Positions 16,954 through 26,751 of a stretch of DNA of 64,000 nucleotides are shown here, in pieces; the stretch's first letter is position 1; each line of letters begins with the position of its first letter. The notes under the pieces are model-generated. The model saw only the letters and a program-made list of their open reading frames with translations, was not told the DNA's origin and searched no databases. Both the position numbers and the translations under genes were made by a program. The stretch is from the NCBI GenBank assembly GCA_041484665.1, contig JBGPIA010000005.1, positions 32,001 to 96,000 on the forward strand, written 5' to 3'. This DNA comes from Candidatus Krumholzibacteriia bacterium. Lineage in GTDB: Bacteria; Krumholzibacteriota; Krumholzibacteriia; JAJRXK01.

Positions 16954-18204
16954 TTGAGCCTGTTCCTGGAGCTCTCGATCATCGCCGTGCTGCTGGCGCT
17001 GTCGGCGTGGTTCAGCGGCAGCGAGACCGCTTTGCTCTCGCTGGGCGACGTCGACCTCGACGACATGGAACGCCACGGCTCCACGGCCGCCCGCCAGGCC
17101 GCTGCCCTTGCCCGCCGGCCCTATCGCATCCTGGCCACATTGCTGCTGGGCAATATGGCCGTGAACATCGTGATCTCGGTGCGGGCCACCGCGCTATTCG
17201 TGGACGCGTTCGGCACCGCGGGGCTGGGGATCGCCATCCCGGCGGTGACGGTGGGGCTGTTGATCCTGGGCGACATCGTCCCCAAGTCGCTCGGTTTGCG
17301 CCACAGCCGTCGCCTGGCGGAGCTCGCGGCGCCCGCGGTCGGCGCGCTGGCGTGGGCGTTGGGCCCCGTGCGCGCGGGGCTCGAGCGGCTGGCCCACGCC
17401 GCTTCTGGACCGGCACGTCCGGCTCCGCTGGACCGCGATGAGCTCGCCACGCTGGTGGACGTGGCGCGCGAGGAGGGCGCGCTCTCGCCCTTCGACGCAC
17501 GCGTGCTGGGCGGAATCCTGCGCTTCACCGAGATCAGCGTGGGGCGCGCCATGACCCCTCGCGTCGACCTCTTCGCGATCGCGGCGGGCGCCGAGCCTGC
17601 GGAGATCCCGCTCGCCTTCGAGCGCTCGGGGCGCAGCCGCTTGCCCGTCTACGACGGGGACCTGGATCACATCGTGGGAATCCTGCTGCTCAAGGACTAC
17701 CTCACGTTTGAGGGCGACCGCAGCGCGCTGGGCCCTCGCCACCTGATGCGCGAGCCGTACTTCGTCCCCGAGACCACCCGCGCCGACCGCTTGTTCCGCG
17801 AGTTCCAGGCGCGCCGCATCCACATCGCCGTGGTCGTGGGGGAGCACGGCGGTGTGGAGGGAATCGTCACGCTGGAGGATCTCATCGAGGAGCTGATCGG
17901 TGACTTCCACGACGAGGCTGACGAGCCGCGCGTGGAGCTCGAGCGCCTGCGCGAGGGGGTCTGGCGCGTGGATGCGCGCATCGAGCTCGACGACCTCAGC
18001 GAGGCCATCGGCGGCAGCTTGGACCAGGGGGAGGGGGCGGTCACGCTGGCCGGCCTCCTGGGAGAGCTGCTGGGACGCGTGCCACGCGCTGGCGACGCCG
18101 CGCGCAGCGGCGGCTTCGAGTTCCGCGTGCTCAAGGCGGTGCCGACCCGGCCCTTGGTGGTGCGTGTCGCGCGGCTTTCCGCCGACGCGGAGAAGGAGCG
18201 CTGA
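16954..18204 (+). CDS. CNNM/DUF21-CBS-CorC (HlyC/GldE-like) protein
   Basis: LSAWFSGSETAL, LLGN, GDIVPK, MTPR, SRLPVY, VVVGEHGGVEGIVTLEDLIEELIGD. TTG start after GGAGA. Confidence 0.9.
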   Translation: MSLFLELSIIAVLLALSAWFSGSETALLSLGDVDLDDMERHGSTAARQAAALARRPYRILATLLLGNMAVNIVISVRATALFVDAFGTAGLGIAIPAVTVGLLILGDIVPKSLGLRHSRRLAELAAPAVGALAWALGPVRAGLERLAHAASGPARPAPLDRDELATLVDVAREEGALSPFDARVLGGILRFTEISVGRAMTPRVDLFAIAAGAEPAEIPLAFERSGRSRLPVYDGDLDHIVGILLLKDYLTFEGDRSALGPRHLMREPYFVPETTRADRLFREFQARRIHIAVVVGEHGGVEGIVTLEDLIEELIGDFHDEADEPRVELERLREGVWRVDARIELDDLSEAIGGSLDQGEGAVTLAGLLGELLGRVPRAGDAARSGGFEFRVLKAVPTRPLVVRVARLSADAEKER

Positions 18205-18212
18205 GCCCGGCC

Positions 18213-19205
18213 ATGGACTGGACGACCAGCCTGCTGGTGATGGCGGCCAGTGTCGCGCTGAGCGGCTTCTTCGATGGCACCGAGACGGGCTTCACGAGCG
18301 TGCGGCGCATCCGCCTGCTGCATCGCGCCCGCGCTGGGAGCCGCTTGGCGGCCCTGGCGGCGCGGCTGGCGGCCGACCGCGAGCAGGTGATCCTGTCGGC
18401 CGTGGTGGCCAGCAACGCCATGACGGTTGCCGGCAGCGCCGTGGCGACCGTGGGCTTCCGCGCGCGTTTCGGAGAGGCAGGCGAGACGCTGGCGGCCGTG
18501 CTCATGACTGCGCTCACCATCGTATTCGGGCAGGTGCTTCCCAAATCCCTCTACCGCGCGCACCCCGAGACGCTCACGACCTGGTCGGCGCTGCCATTCC
18601 TGCTCGCCACGCGGGCGCTGATCCCGCTGCAGTGGCTCATCCTGACGCTGTCACGGGGCGTGCTCGGTCTGATCGGGCAATCGGCGCGCGGCGCCACGTC
18701 GCGCCTGACCAAGGAGCGCATCCTGATGAGCTTCGAGCTGAGCATGCGCGGCGAGGAGCTCGCCGAGTTGGAGGAGAGCCTGGTGCGCCGCTTCGTGCAC
18801 GGGTCGCAGCTCTCGTTGGCGCAGGTGATGACGCCGATGCGGGAGGTCACGGCCGTCCGCAGCGGCGAGTCGGTGGCGCATGCCCTGGAGCTGGTGCGGA
18901 GCACCGGACACTCGCGTCTGCCGCTGCTCGACTCCGAAGACGACATCCAGGGCCTGGTGCTGTTTCGAGACCTGATCCACGCCGGAGCCCAGGAGCCGGT
19001 CGAGGACTACGCCCGCACGATGCTGTTCCTCTCCGCTACCATGGGGCTGGACGAGGCGATCGCGGCCCTGTCCCACGCGCGCGCCAGCACTGCTGCAGTG
19101 ATCGACGCCTTGGACGCGGCGGTCGGCATCGTGTCCCTGGAGGACCTGCTGGAGCCGCTGCTGGGCGAGATGGCCGATGAGCACGATCCCAAGGCAGCGG
19201 CCTGA
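18213..19205 (+). CDS. Second CNNM/DUF21-CBS protein lacking the CorC domain
   Basis: LSGFFDGTETGF, FGQVLPK, VMTP, GHSRLP, GIVSLEDLLEPLLGE. Confidence 0.85.
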   Translation: MDWTTSLLVMAASVALSGFFDGTETGFTSVRRIRLLHRARAGSRLAALAARLAADREQVILSAVVASNAMTVAGSAVATVGFRARFGEAGETLAAVLMTALTIVFGQVLPKSLYRAHPETLTTWSALPFLLATRALIPLQWLILTLSRGVLGLIGQSARGATSRLTKERILMSFELSMRGEELAELEESLVRRFVHGSQLSLAQVMTPMREVTAVRSGESVAHALELVRSTGHSRLPLLDSEDDIQGLVLFRDLIHAGAQEPVEDYARTMLFLSATMGLDEAIAALSHARASTAAVIDALDAAVGIVSLEDLLEPLLGEMADEHDPKAAA

Positions 19206-19408
19206 TCCTGTCGCAGAGCGACGCTGCGGCGCGCCGATTCCGAAACGTCTGGAGCGTTGTGTGCCCCGGCGCCGCCGCGAGGCGCGTTGTTCCTTGTGCG
19301 TCCAGGCGGCGGGGAATAGACTGTCGCGGCCATCGCCCGCGGCGCTGCCCGGCGCCCGCTCCGGAGGTCCGGACCCGCAGCAGCGCTGCCGCACTGGAAG
19401 GATGCTCC

Positions 19409-19966
19409 ATGGCCGTGAAGGTCGACGTCGGTAAGCGGATCAAAGAGTACCGGCAGCGCTACAACCTCACGCTCAAGGAGATCGAGTCGCGCGTGGACGT
19501 CAGCGCGACCCACGTCTCCGAAATCGAGCGGGGCAAGACTTCTCCCACCGTGGGTGCTCTCAGCAAGATCGCGGCTGCGCTCGAGGTGGATCCCGCCCTG
19601 TTCCTGGCCGGCGACAACCTGCCCGATGTGGCGGTGAGCCGCGCGGGCGAGCGCAGCGTCGTGCGCTTCGAGCAGGAGCGCCTGGGGCTGGAAGCTCTGT
19701 CCGGAGCCGTGCCGTCGCAAGCGCTCAGCGTGGTGCTCATGACCTGGGAGCCCGGGACCGGGCACGGCCCGCCGCGGGTGCGCGAAGGGGAGGAGTTCGG
19801 CCTGGTGATCAGCGGCAAGCTCGACGTGCGTGTGGGGGAACAGACGTACGTCGTGTGCGAGGGAGACTCGATCCATTTTCGCGCCGACGTGCCCCACAGC
19901 GTCGCCAACGCCGGGGACGGTCCCTGCCACGCGATCTGGGCCACGTCCCCCAAGCTGGGATTCTGA
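19409..19966 (+). CDS. XRE-family HTH + cupin transcriptional regulator
   Basis: VGKRIKEYR..LTLKE..VSATHVSEIERGKTSPT. Cupin GEEFGLVISG..GDSIHF..PH. Confidence 0.92.
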   Translation: MAVKVDVGKRIKEYRQRYNLTLKEIESRVDVSATHVSEIERGKTSPTVGALSKIAAALEVDPALFLAGDNLPDVAVSRAGERSVVRFEQERLGLEALSGAVPSQALSVVLMTWEPGTGHGPPRVREGEEFGLVISGKLDVRVGEQTYVVCEGDSIHFRADVPHSVANAGDGPCHAIWATSPKLGF

Positions 19967-20009
19967 CGGCGCTGGCCCGGGCATCCGCGGCGCGCGGCGG
20001 GGGGTGGCA

Positions 20010-20564
20010 GTGGACAATCACATCATCGGCAGTCGGCTCAAGGAGGTGCGCAAGTCGCTCGACCTTACCCTGAAGGCCATCGAAGCGCGCGCCGGCGTCT
20101 CGGCGACGCACATCTCCGAGATCGAGCGCGGCAAGACGTCTCCCACCATCGGAGCGCTGGGCAAGATCGCCTCCGCGCTGGGGAAGGACATCACGTACTT
20201 CCTGGAGAAAGAGCCGCTCGACGACGTGTGCCACCAGGTGCCTGCGGAGCGCGGGGCCGAGCCGCTGCCGTGGGGTGGCGGCTCGCTCACGCGCCTCACG
20301 CGTCTGGTGCCGGGGGCGCGCCTGTCGGCCTACCAGTTGCGACTCGATCCGGGCGGCCGGCCCAGCGTGGAGCACGGCCACGAGGGAAACGAGCTCTTCT
20401 ACGTCCTGCGCGGGTCGGTGCGCTTCCACGTCGGGGGCGAGGAGCACCTGCTCGGCGAGGGCGACAGCATCCACCTGCGCTCGCAGACGCCCCACCGCTA
20501 CGCCAACGCGGGCATCGGTGTGGCAGACGTGCTCTTCTTCACCACGCAGCGCCACACCCTCTAG
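20010..20564 (+). CDS. XRE-family HTH + cupin regulator (paralog)
   Basis: IGSRLKEVR..VSATHISEIERGKTSPT. Cupin HEGNELFYVLRG..GDSIHL..PH. Confidence 0.92.
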   Translation: MDNHIIGSRLKEVRKSLDLTLKAIEARAGVSATHISEIERGKTSPTIGALGKIASALGKDITYFLEKEPLDDVCHQVPAERGAEPLPWGGGSLTRLTRLVPGARLSAYQLRLDPGGRPSVEHGHEGNELFYVLRGSVRFHVGGEEHLLGEGDSIHLRSQTPHRYANAGIGVADVLFFTTQRHTL

Positions 20565-20600
20565 TCAGCTCCCGCTCTTGCCAGGAGGCGCGCGTCCGCC

Positions 20601-21104
20601 ATGAGCCCCATGGACCGCATGGATCGCAACGACGAGCTGATCCTGGCTGCCGCGGCGATGTTCCACGCCGCCGCCATGCAGCAGATGGGCAAGCTGGTCA
20701 ATCCACTGACGAACAAGGCCGAGGTCGACCTCGCGCAAGCGCGCTTCTCCATCGACCTGCTGGCCGCGCTGCTGGCCAAGACCCAGGGCCATCTGCACGC
20801 CGACGCCGTGCGCGAGCTGGAGGCGCTGGTTTTCCAGCTGCGCATGAACTACCTTGACGAGGCGCGCAAGTCGCAGCGCCCGCCAGACGAGGGCGCGCCG
20901 GTCGAAAGCGCGCACGCTGAGGGTGCGCCGGCTGACCACGCGCAGGCCACAGCCGCGCAGGCGGAACGCGTGCAAGCCGAGGGTGCGCGGGCCGCGCACG
21001 ATCCAACCCCAGGCAGCCAGACGCAGGCGGGCTCGGCCGAGGCGACGACCGCTGAGGGCGGCCGCACGCAGAACACCCCGGGGAGCGAGCCGTCGTCGTC
21101 GTGA
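20601..21104 (+). CDS. DUF1844-like protein with low-complexity tail
   Basis: AMQQMGKLVNP..VDLAQARFSIDLL..L..KTQGHL..LRMNY. Confidence 0.8.
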   Translation: MSPMDRMDRNDELILAAAAMFHAAAMQQMGKLVNPLTNKAEVDLAQARFSIDLLAALLAKTQGHLHADAVRELEALVFQLRMNYLDEARKSQRPPDEGAPVESAHAEGAPADHAQATAAQAERVQAEGARAAHDPTPGSQTQAGSAEATTAEGGRTQNTPGSEPSSS

Positions 21105-22591
21105 GGCGCCGTCTGGACCGGATGCTGATGGGCGCGGCCATGGCGGCCGCCCTGTCGCCGGCACCCGCGCACGCGGCCAGTGAGATCGGGCCCACCGCCC
21201 TCGGCGTTCCCGGCCTGTGGAACACGATCGTCGCGCCGGAGACGCAGGAGAGCGCGGGGGTGCGCCTGGGACTCTTCGCCGGGACTGCAACCGTCGATCC
21301 CGCCTTCGGATTCCGTTCGCAGAGCCTCGCTCCGTCCGCCGGATCCCGGCTGCTCGCCCTGCAGATCGGCCTGCGTCCTTCGCGCGGGGTCGTCATCGCC
21401 GGCAACCTCCCGTTCCGCTGGACCAGCGTCGATGGCGGCGCCTCACACAGCGGGGTGGGCGACGCGCAATTGGCGATTTCGATGAGCTGGTTGTCGAGCC
21501 GGCGGCTGCGCCTGGGATCGTGGGGATCGATGCGCATTCCCACTGGCCGCCAGAGCGCAGGGCTCAGCACCGGGCAGACCGAAGGGGAGTTCGGCGTCCA
21601 CTCCAGCGTGGTGTTCTTTGCCAACAGCACGCTCCCCGAGACGCGCTGGCACTTCAACGTCGGCTACCGGCTCAACAAGAACGAGCACGATGGCTACGGA
21701 GTGCTCGACCCCGCCGCGGTCGATCCGGGGCACAGCGGGATCTTCCCGCCATATTACCCGCCGGCCTCCAAGGGGCCCGCCGACAACGACGAGCTCCTGC
21801 TGCGCACGGCCCTGGAGTTTCGCCGCCGCTGGGCGCACCTGTTCCTGGAGGCGTCGGTGGACTGGCTGACCGGCCGCGAAGGGATCGCCTTCAAGGAGAA
21901 CGCCTCCTGGATCACGCCGGGCCTCTACCTGGGCAATGACGACGGGCCCGCCCTGAAGGTGGCGTGGGCGATCGGGCTGCACGCCGACGATCTCCGGACG
22001 GCCTACGTGCCGCAGCTGCCCGACTGGGTGTTCAGCGTGGGAATCTCGCAGCCCCTGTTCGTGGGTGGCCGCGATCGCGACGGTGACGGCATCCCCGACA
22101 AACGGGACCGCTGCCCCGACGCGCCCGAGGACATCGACGGCTACCAGGACGACGATGGGTGCCCCGATCTCGACAACGACGGCGACGGCATTCCCGACCG
22201 CCTCGACCTGGCCCCGAACCTCCCGGAGGACTTCGACGGCTTCGAGGACCAGGACGGCCGCCCCGATCTCGACAACGATCTCGACGGCATCCCCGACGCG
22301 CAGGACCTCTGTCCGAACCAGCCCGAGGATTTCAACGGGTACCAGGACCTGGATGGCTGCCCCGATGCCATCGTCGACCGCGACCACGACGGGATCCCCG
22401 ACTCGCGGGATGCCTGCCCTGATGCACCCGAGGACATCGATGGATTCGAGGATCAGGACGGCTGCCCGGATCTGGACAACGACCTCGATGGCATCCCCGA
22501 CACGCGCGACGCCTGCCCCAACGACCCCGAGGACTACAACGGCTTCCGCGACGACGACGGCTGCCCCGACGGCGGATCGAGCGGAGGTTGA
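21101..22591 (+). CDS. Outer-membrane (beta-barrel-like) protein with thrombospondin type-3 Ca-binding repeats
   Basis: Signal peptide ends in AHA. Amphipathic beta strands. C-terminal DxDxDGIPD..CP..PED.DG..D.DGCPD repeats. Confidence 0.8.
   Translation: MRRRLDRMLMGAAMAAALSPAPAHAASEIGPTALGVPGLWNTIVAPETQESAGVRLGLFAGTATVDPAFGFRSQSLAPSAGSRLLALQIGLRPSRGVVIAGNLPFRWTSVDGGASHSGVGDAQLAISMSWLSSRRLRLGSWGSMRIPTGRQSAGLSTGQTEGEFGVHSSVVFFANSTLPETRWHFNVGYRLNKNEHDGYGVLDPAAVDPGHSGIFPPYYPPASKGPADNDELLLRTALEFRRRWAHLFLEASVDWLTGREGIAFKENASWITPGLYLGNDDGPALKVAWAIGLHADDLRTAYVPQLPDWVFSVGISQPLFVGGRDRDGDGIPDKRDRCPDAPEDIDGYQDDDGCPDLDNDGDGIPDRLDLAPNLPEDFDGFEDQDGRPDLDNDLDGIPDAQDLCPNQPEDFNGYQDLDGCPDAIVDRDHDGIPDSRDACPDAPEDIDGFEDQDGCPDLDNDLDGIPDTRDACPNDPEDYNGFRDDDGCPDGGSSGG
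22073..22570 (+). repeat. 5 x ~99-bp TSP3 coding repeats
   Basis: Five 33-35 aa units such as DNDLDGIPD..CPN.PED..G..D.DGCPD. Confidence 0.9.
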
Positions 22592-23568
22592 GCCGGGCCG
22601 GGCGCCCGCTGCTCCCGCTCCATCCGCTGCGCCCGCTTTGCGCGCTCCGTGCGCTTCGTGGGCTCCGCGTGCGCGGCACGCTCGGCCGCGTCGAGCTCCT
22701 TCGCCGCGCGCCAGGCCGCCGCGAGCTGCTGGCGGCCCATCGCGCGCAGCTGCTGCGCGTCGAACCCCTGCTCGGCCTCCACGCGGCGGAAGCGGCGCGC
22801 GAACTTGGCGTTGGTCACGCGCAGCGCCGCATCGGGGTCGATGTCCAGCTTGCGCGCAAGCTGCGTGACGGTGAACAACACGTCGCCCAGCTCCTCCAGC
22901 GCGTTCGCCCGCTGGCCGGCCGCCTGCGCGGTGCGCACCACCCAAACCTCCTGAAGTTCCTGCAGCTCCTCGCCCAGCTTGGCGTGCACGGACTCGGCAT
23001 CCGGCCAGTCAAAGCCGAACTCGGCGGCGCTGCTGCCGTAGGCGAACGCCTGCCGCAGCGGCGATGTGGAGGGCGAGAGGTCCTTGAGCACGCTGGGGGG
23101 CGGAATTGGCGGCGGCCCCGGCGGCGCTGTTTCGCCGGCGCCCGTCGGCCCGGTGCCGGGCCCACCTTCTGGAGCAGCCCTGGCCGGCTCTCCGCGGCGC
23201 TCTTGCGCCTTGATGCGGTTCCAGAGGATCTGACTATCCTCGGCGGTGAGCGCCTGCTCGGTCCCAAAGACGTGGGGGTGGCGGCGGACCAGCTTGTCGG
23301 CACCGGCGCCCGCTACGGCGTCGAACGTCCCCGGCGCCTGCTCGCTGAGCAGCAACCAGTTGAAGCACACCATGTAGAGGAGGTCCGCCAGCTCCGCGCG
23401 CGATTCCTCAAGATCACCGACGATGGCCGCGTCGGCGTACTCGTGGACCTCGTCGGCCAGAAACCGCGCCGCGCTGGCGAGGGTCTGCTTGCGGTCCCAG
23501 GGGCACCCGTCGGGGCCCCGCAAGCGCTCCAGGATCGCCAGGAGCCGCGAGAGCTCGGGGAACGACAC
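22534..23568 (-). CDS. mazG: MazG nucleoside triphosphate pyrophosphohydrolase
   Basis: GGAGGAG SD + GTG. LRGPDGCPWDRKQT, ELADLL, KLVRRHPHVF, GFDW, EELGDVLF, KFARRF. Confidence 0.93.
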   Translation of the reverse strand: MSFPELSRLLAILERLRGPDGCPWDRKQTLASAARFLADEVHEYADAAIVGDLEESRAELADLLYMVCFNWLLLSEQAPGTFDAVAGAGADKLVRRHPHVFGTEQALTAEDSQILWNRIKAQERRGEPARAAPEGGPGTGPTGAGETAPPGPPPIPPPSVLKDLSPSTSPLRQAFAYGSSAAEFGFDWPDAESVHAKLGEELQELQEVWVVRTAQAAGQRANALEELGDVLFTVTQLARKLDIDPDAALRVTNAKFARRFRRVEAEQGFDAQQLRAMGRQQLAAAWRAAKELDAAERAAHAEPTKRTERAKRAQRMEREQRAPGPAQPPLDPPSGQPSSSRKPL

Positions 23569-23613
23569 GGGGTCTCCTCCCGCGGCGCGCCGCTGCGGAA
23601 CCGGAGCGCCCGT

Positions 23614-23643
23614 TTGACTCAGCCACGCCGGCTTGGGTAGGCT
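23614..23643 (+). promoter_or_regulatory. Putative uvrA promoter
   Basis: TTGACT-N18-TAGGCT. Confidence 0.45.
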
Positions 23644-23682
23644 CAATCCTTCCGGCCCGTCCGGAGCGGCGCCGCCAACGCA

Positions 23683-26600
23683 ATGGATCAAGATCTGGAA
23701 CCGCGCGAGATGGAACTTCCGCCCCCGGGAGCACCGGGGCCGGCGCGAGCGTCCGCGGCGGACACAGTCGGCGCGTCGTGGTCGGAGGCTATCACGATCC
23801 GCGGCGCCCGCCAACACAACCTCAAGAACCTGACGCTGGAGATCCCCAAGGGACGGCTCACCGGGATCAGCGGCGTGTCCGGCTCTGGCAAGTCGTCGCT
23901 CGCCTACGATACGCTCTACGCCGAAGGGCAGCGCTGCTACGTGGAGAGCCTCTCCACCTATGCGCGCCAGTTCCTGGAGCGGCTCGAGAAGCCTGATGTC
24001 GATGCGATCGACGGCATCCAGCCGGCCATTGCGATCCGCCAGCGCAACACCGTCAAGAGCAGTCGCTCCACCGTGGGCACGGCCACGGAGATCTACGACT
24101 ACCTGCGGCTCTTGTTCTCGCGCGTGGGAGAGGTCGTCTGTCTCGATTGCGGCACGCTCGTGCAGCCGGACACCCCCGACGCAGCCGCCGCCACGGCCCT
24201 GCGCCGCTGGCCAGCCGGCGCTCGTCTCCTGGTGACCTTCCCCGCCCGCCCGACGGCGACCCTCCAAGGCGAGGAGCTGGCGCGCCGCCTGATGGCGCAG
24301 GGGTACCTGCGCGCGTGGCTGGACGGCGCGGTCGTGCTGATGGAGGAGGAGCACGCCCGCCTCGCGCGACGTGACGTGCTGGAGGTGGTGGCCGATCGCA
24401 TCGTGCTGGAGGACGCGGCGCGCCTGCGCCTGGCAGAGGGGGTGGAGGCGGCACTGCGTGCCGGCGGGGGGAGCGCCGCGCTGATCGAGCTGGGCAGCGG
24501 GGAGCGCGTGGCGCTGTCGGACCGCATGACCTGCGCGCGCTGCGGGCGCGCCTGGGAGGCACCCACCGCGCAGCTGCTGAGCTTCAACAGCCCGCAAGGG
24601 GCGTGCGCGGCCTGCAACGGGTTCGGCGAGAAGCTGGAGTTCGACGAGCAGCGCATCGTCCGCGACCTCGACCGCACGCTGGCTACCGGCGCCGTCCGGC
24701 CATGGGCCAGCGAGGCGTTCCGCACCGAGTTCCAACGCCTGACCGCTGCCTGCCGGCGCCGCGCGATCCCGCTGGAGGCGGCGTGGCGCAAGCTGCCGCG
24801 CCGCCAGCAGCTCTTCGTCCTGGAGGCAGTGGAGATCGACTTCACCGGCGTGATCCCGTGGCTCGCGTCCATGCGCTCGCATCCCGCCAAGGAGGGGCAT
24901 CGCTTTTACGCGCGGCGCTACATGGCCCGCACGCGCTGCCGGGCGTGCGAAGGCACCCGGCTGCGGCCCGAGGCGCGCGCCGTGCGAGTGCAGGGCCACG
25001 AGATCGGCGCGATCGCCGAGCTGCCGATTCCGCAGGCGCTGGCCGCGCTGGAGGCTCTCACGCTCACGCCCTCGCAGCTGGTGACGGCTGGCGACGTGCT
25101 GCACGAGCTGCTGGCGCGCCTGCGCTTCATGATGGGCATGGGGCTGGGCTACCTCATGCTGGGGCGTGCGAGCCGCACGCTCAGCGGCGGCGAGATGCAG
25201 CGCATCCACCTCAGCAACGCGCTGTCGAGCCGGTTGGTCGAGACCCTGTACGTGCTGGACGAGCCGAGCATCGGCTTGCATCCCGCAGACACCCACCGCC
25301 TGATCCGCAGCCTGCGCGAGCTGGCGGATCTCGGGAACACGGTGGTGGTCGTCGAGCACGATATGGACGTGCTGCGCGCCTGCGATCACCTGATCGATCT
25401 GGGGCCGGAGCCGGGAGCGCGCGGCGGGCACATCCTCTACGCGGGGCCGCCGCCCACGGCGGCCGCCACGACCAGCGCGGGCACCACGACCAGTGCGGCC
25501 GCCGCGACCGGCGCGGGCGCCACGCCGGGCGAGACGGAATCCGCAAGCGCGGCGGCCCGTCCCGCGTCGTTCACCTGTGCCTATCTGACGGGAGCGCGCA
25601 GCGTGCCCCGTCGCGCGCAGCGTCGCACGCCGGGACGTGGGCGCCTGACGCTGGTGCGGGCGCGGCGCCACAACCTCAAGTCCATCGATGCGACGTTTCC
25701 ACTGGGGCTGTTCGTGTGCGTCACGGGCGTGAGCGGCTCGGGCAAGAGCACGCTCGTCACAGAGTTGCTCCATGCCGCTCTCACCGGCCAGATCAGCGGC
25801 GGCGTCGGAGCGCTCCACGGGTTCGATGCGCTGCGTGGCGCCGAGAACGTCGCCCAGACCGTGCTGGTGGACCAGACACCCATCGGGCGCAGCGCACGCA
25901 GCAATCCGGTGACCTACCTGCAAGTGCTTAGTGCGATCCGCGAGTTGCTCGCCGCGACGGCCGAGGCGCGCAAGCGCGGCTGGACAGCGGGTCGCTTCAG
26001 TTTCAATGTGGCCGGCGGCCGCTGTCCCACCTGCCAGGGGATGGGGGAAGTGGTCGTGGAGATGCACTTCATGGCCGACATCACGATGCCCTGCGAGGAC
26101 TGCCGTGGGCGCCGCTTCGAGCCCTCCACCCTCGAGGTGCGCTACCGCGGCCGCAACATCGCCGAGATCCTCGACCTCACGGTGGACGAGGCGATCAACT
26201 TCTTCGGCGACGTGCCTGCGATCGGCAGCAAGCTGTGGCTGCTGCAGCGCGTGGGCCTGGGCTACCTGAAGCTCGGCCAGCCGGCGGGCACCTTGAGCGG
26301 TGGGGAGAGCCAGCGCATCAAGATCGCGCGCGAGCTGCTCGGCGGGCGGAAGGGGCACACGCTCTACGTGCTCGACGAGCCCACCACCGGGCTGCACCCG
26401 GAGGACATCCGCAAGCTGATCCAGGTGCTCGACGACCTCGTGGAGGAGGGGCACACGGTGCTGGTGATCGAGCACAACCTCGACGTGATCAAGAACGCCG
26501 ACTACGTGCTCGATCTGGGACCGGGCGGTGGCCCGGAGGGCGGCGAGATCGTGGTCGCCGGCCCACCGGAGTCACTGCTGGAGAATGAGCGCTCGGTCAC

Positions 26601-26751
26601 GGGCCGCTACCTGCGCGCGGCACTTGGCAACGGCGATGGGAGGGTCGGGACCGCGGGCGATGGGACCGCGGGCGATGGGATCGCGGGCGATGGGACTGCG
26701 AGCGATCGGAGCACGAGCGCCGAGACTGCGGGCGACGGGAGCGCGGCGTGA
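23683..26751 (+). CDS. uvrA: Excinuclease ABC subunit A
   Basis: GARQHNLK, two GVSGSGKS Walker A, two LSGGE, LDEP, CxxC zinc fingers. Confidence 0.97.
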   Translation: MDQDLEPREMELPPPGAPGPARASAADTVGASWSEAITIRGARQHNLKNLTLEIPKGRLTGISGVSGSGKSSLAYDTLYAEGQRCYVESLSTYARQFLERLEKPDVDAIDGIQPAIAIRQRNTVKSSRSTVGTATEIYDYLRLLFSRVGEVVCLDCGTLVQPDTPDAAAATALRRWPAGARLLVTFPARPTATLQGEELARRLMAQGYLRAWLDGAVVLMEEEHARLARRDVLEVVADRIVLEDAARLRLAEGVEAALRAGGGSAALIELGSGERVALSDRMTCARCGRAWEAPTAQLLSFNSPQGACAACNGFGEKLEFDEQRIVRDLDRTLATGAVRPWASEAFRTEFQRLTAACRRRAIPLEAAWRKLPRRQQLFVLEAVEIDFTGVIPWLASMRSHPAKEGHRFYARRYMARTRCRACEGTRLRPEARAVRVQGHEIGAIAELPIPQALAALEALTLTPSQLVTAGDVLHELLARLRFMMGMGLGYLMLGRASRTLSGGEMQRIHLSNALSSRLVETLYVLDEPSIGLHPADTHRLIRSLRELADLGNTVVVVEHDMDVLRACDHLIDLGPEPGARGGHILYAGPPPTAAATTSAGTTTSAAAATGAGATPGETESASAAARPASFTCAYLTGARSVPRRAQRRTPGRGRLTLVRARRHNLKSIDATFPLGLFVCVTGVSGSGKSTLVTELLHAALTGQISGGVGALHGFDALRGAENVAQTVLVDQTPIGRSARSNPVTYLQVLSAIRELLAATAEARKRGWTAGRFSFNVAGGRCPTCQGMGEVVVEMHFMADITMPCEDCRGRRFEPSTLEVRYRGRNIAEILDLTVDEAINFFGDVPAIGSKLWLLQRVGLGYLKLGQPAGTLSGGESQRIKIARELLGGRKGHTLYVLDEPTTGLHPEDIRKLIQVLDDLVEEGHTVLVIEHNLDVIKNADYVLDLGPGGGPEGGEIVVAGPPESLLENERSVTGRYLRAALGNGDGRVGTAGDGTAGDGIAGDGTASDRSTSAETAGDGSAA
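26647..26751 (+). repeat. 7 x 15-bp in-frame repeat (GTAGD) at the uvrA 3' end
   Basis: gggaccgcgggcgat twice exactly, plus diverged units ending in the stop codon. Confidence 0.85.

Noticed and set aside
22073..22570. Regularly spaced DNA repeats resembling an array
   Set aside because: They are in-frame TSP3 protein repeats.
23569..26475. 1313-aa minus-strand ORF (apparent giant MazG fusion)
   Set aside because: The upstream part is an antisense shadow of uvrA. MazG has its own SD and GTG at 23568.
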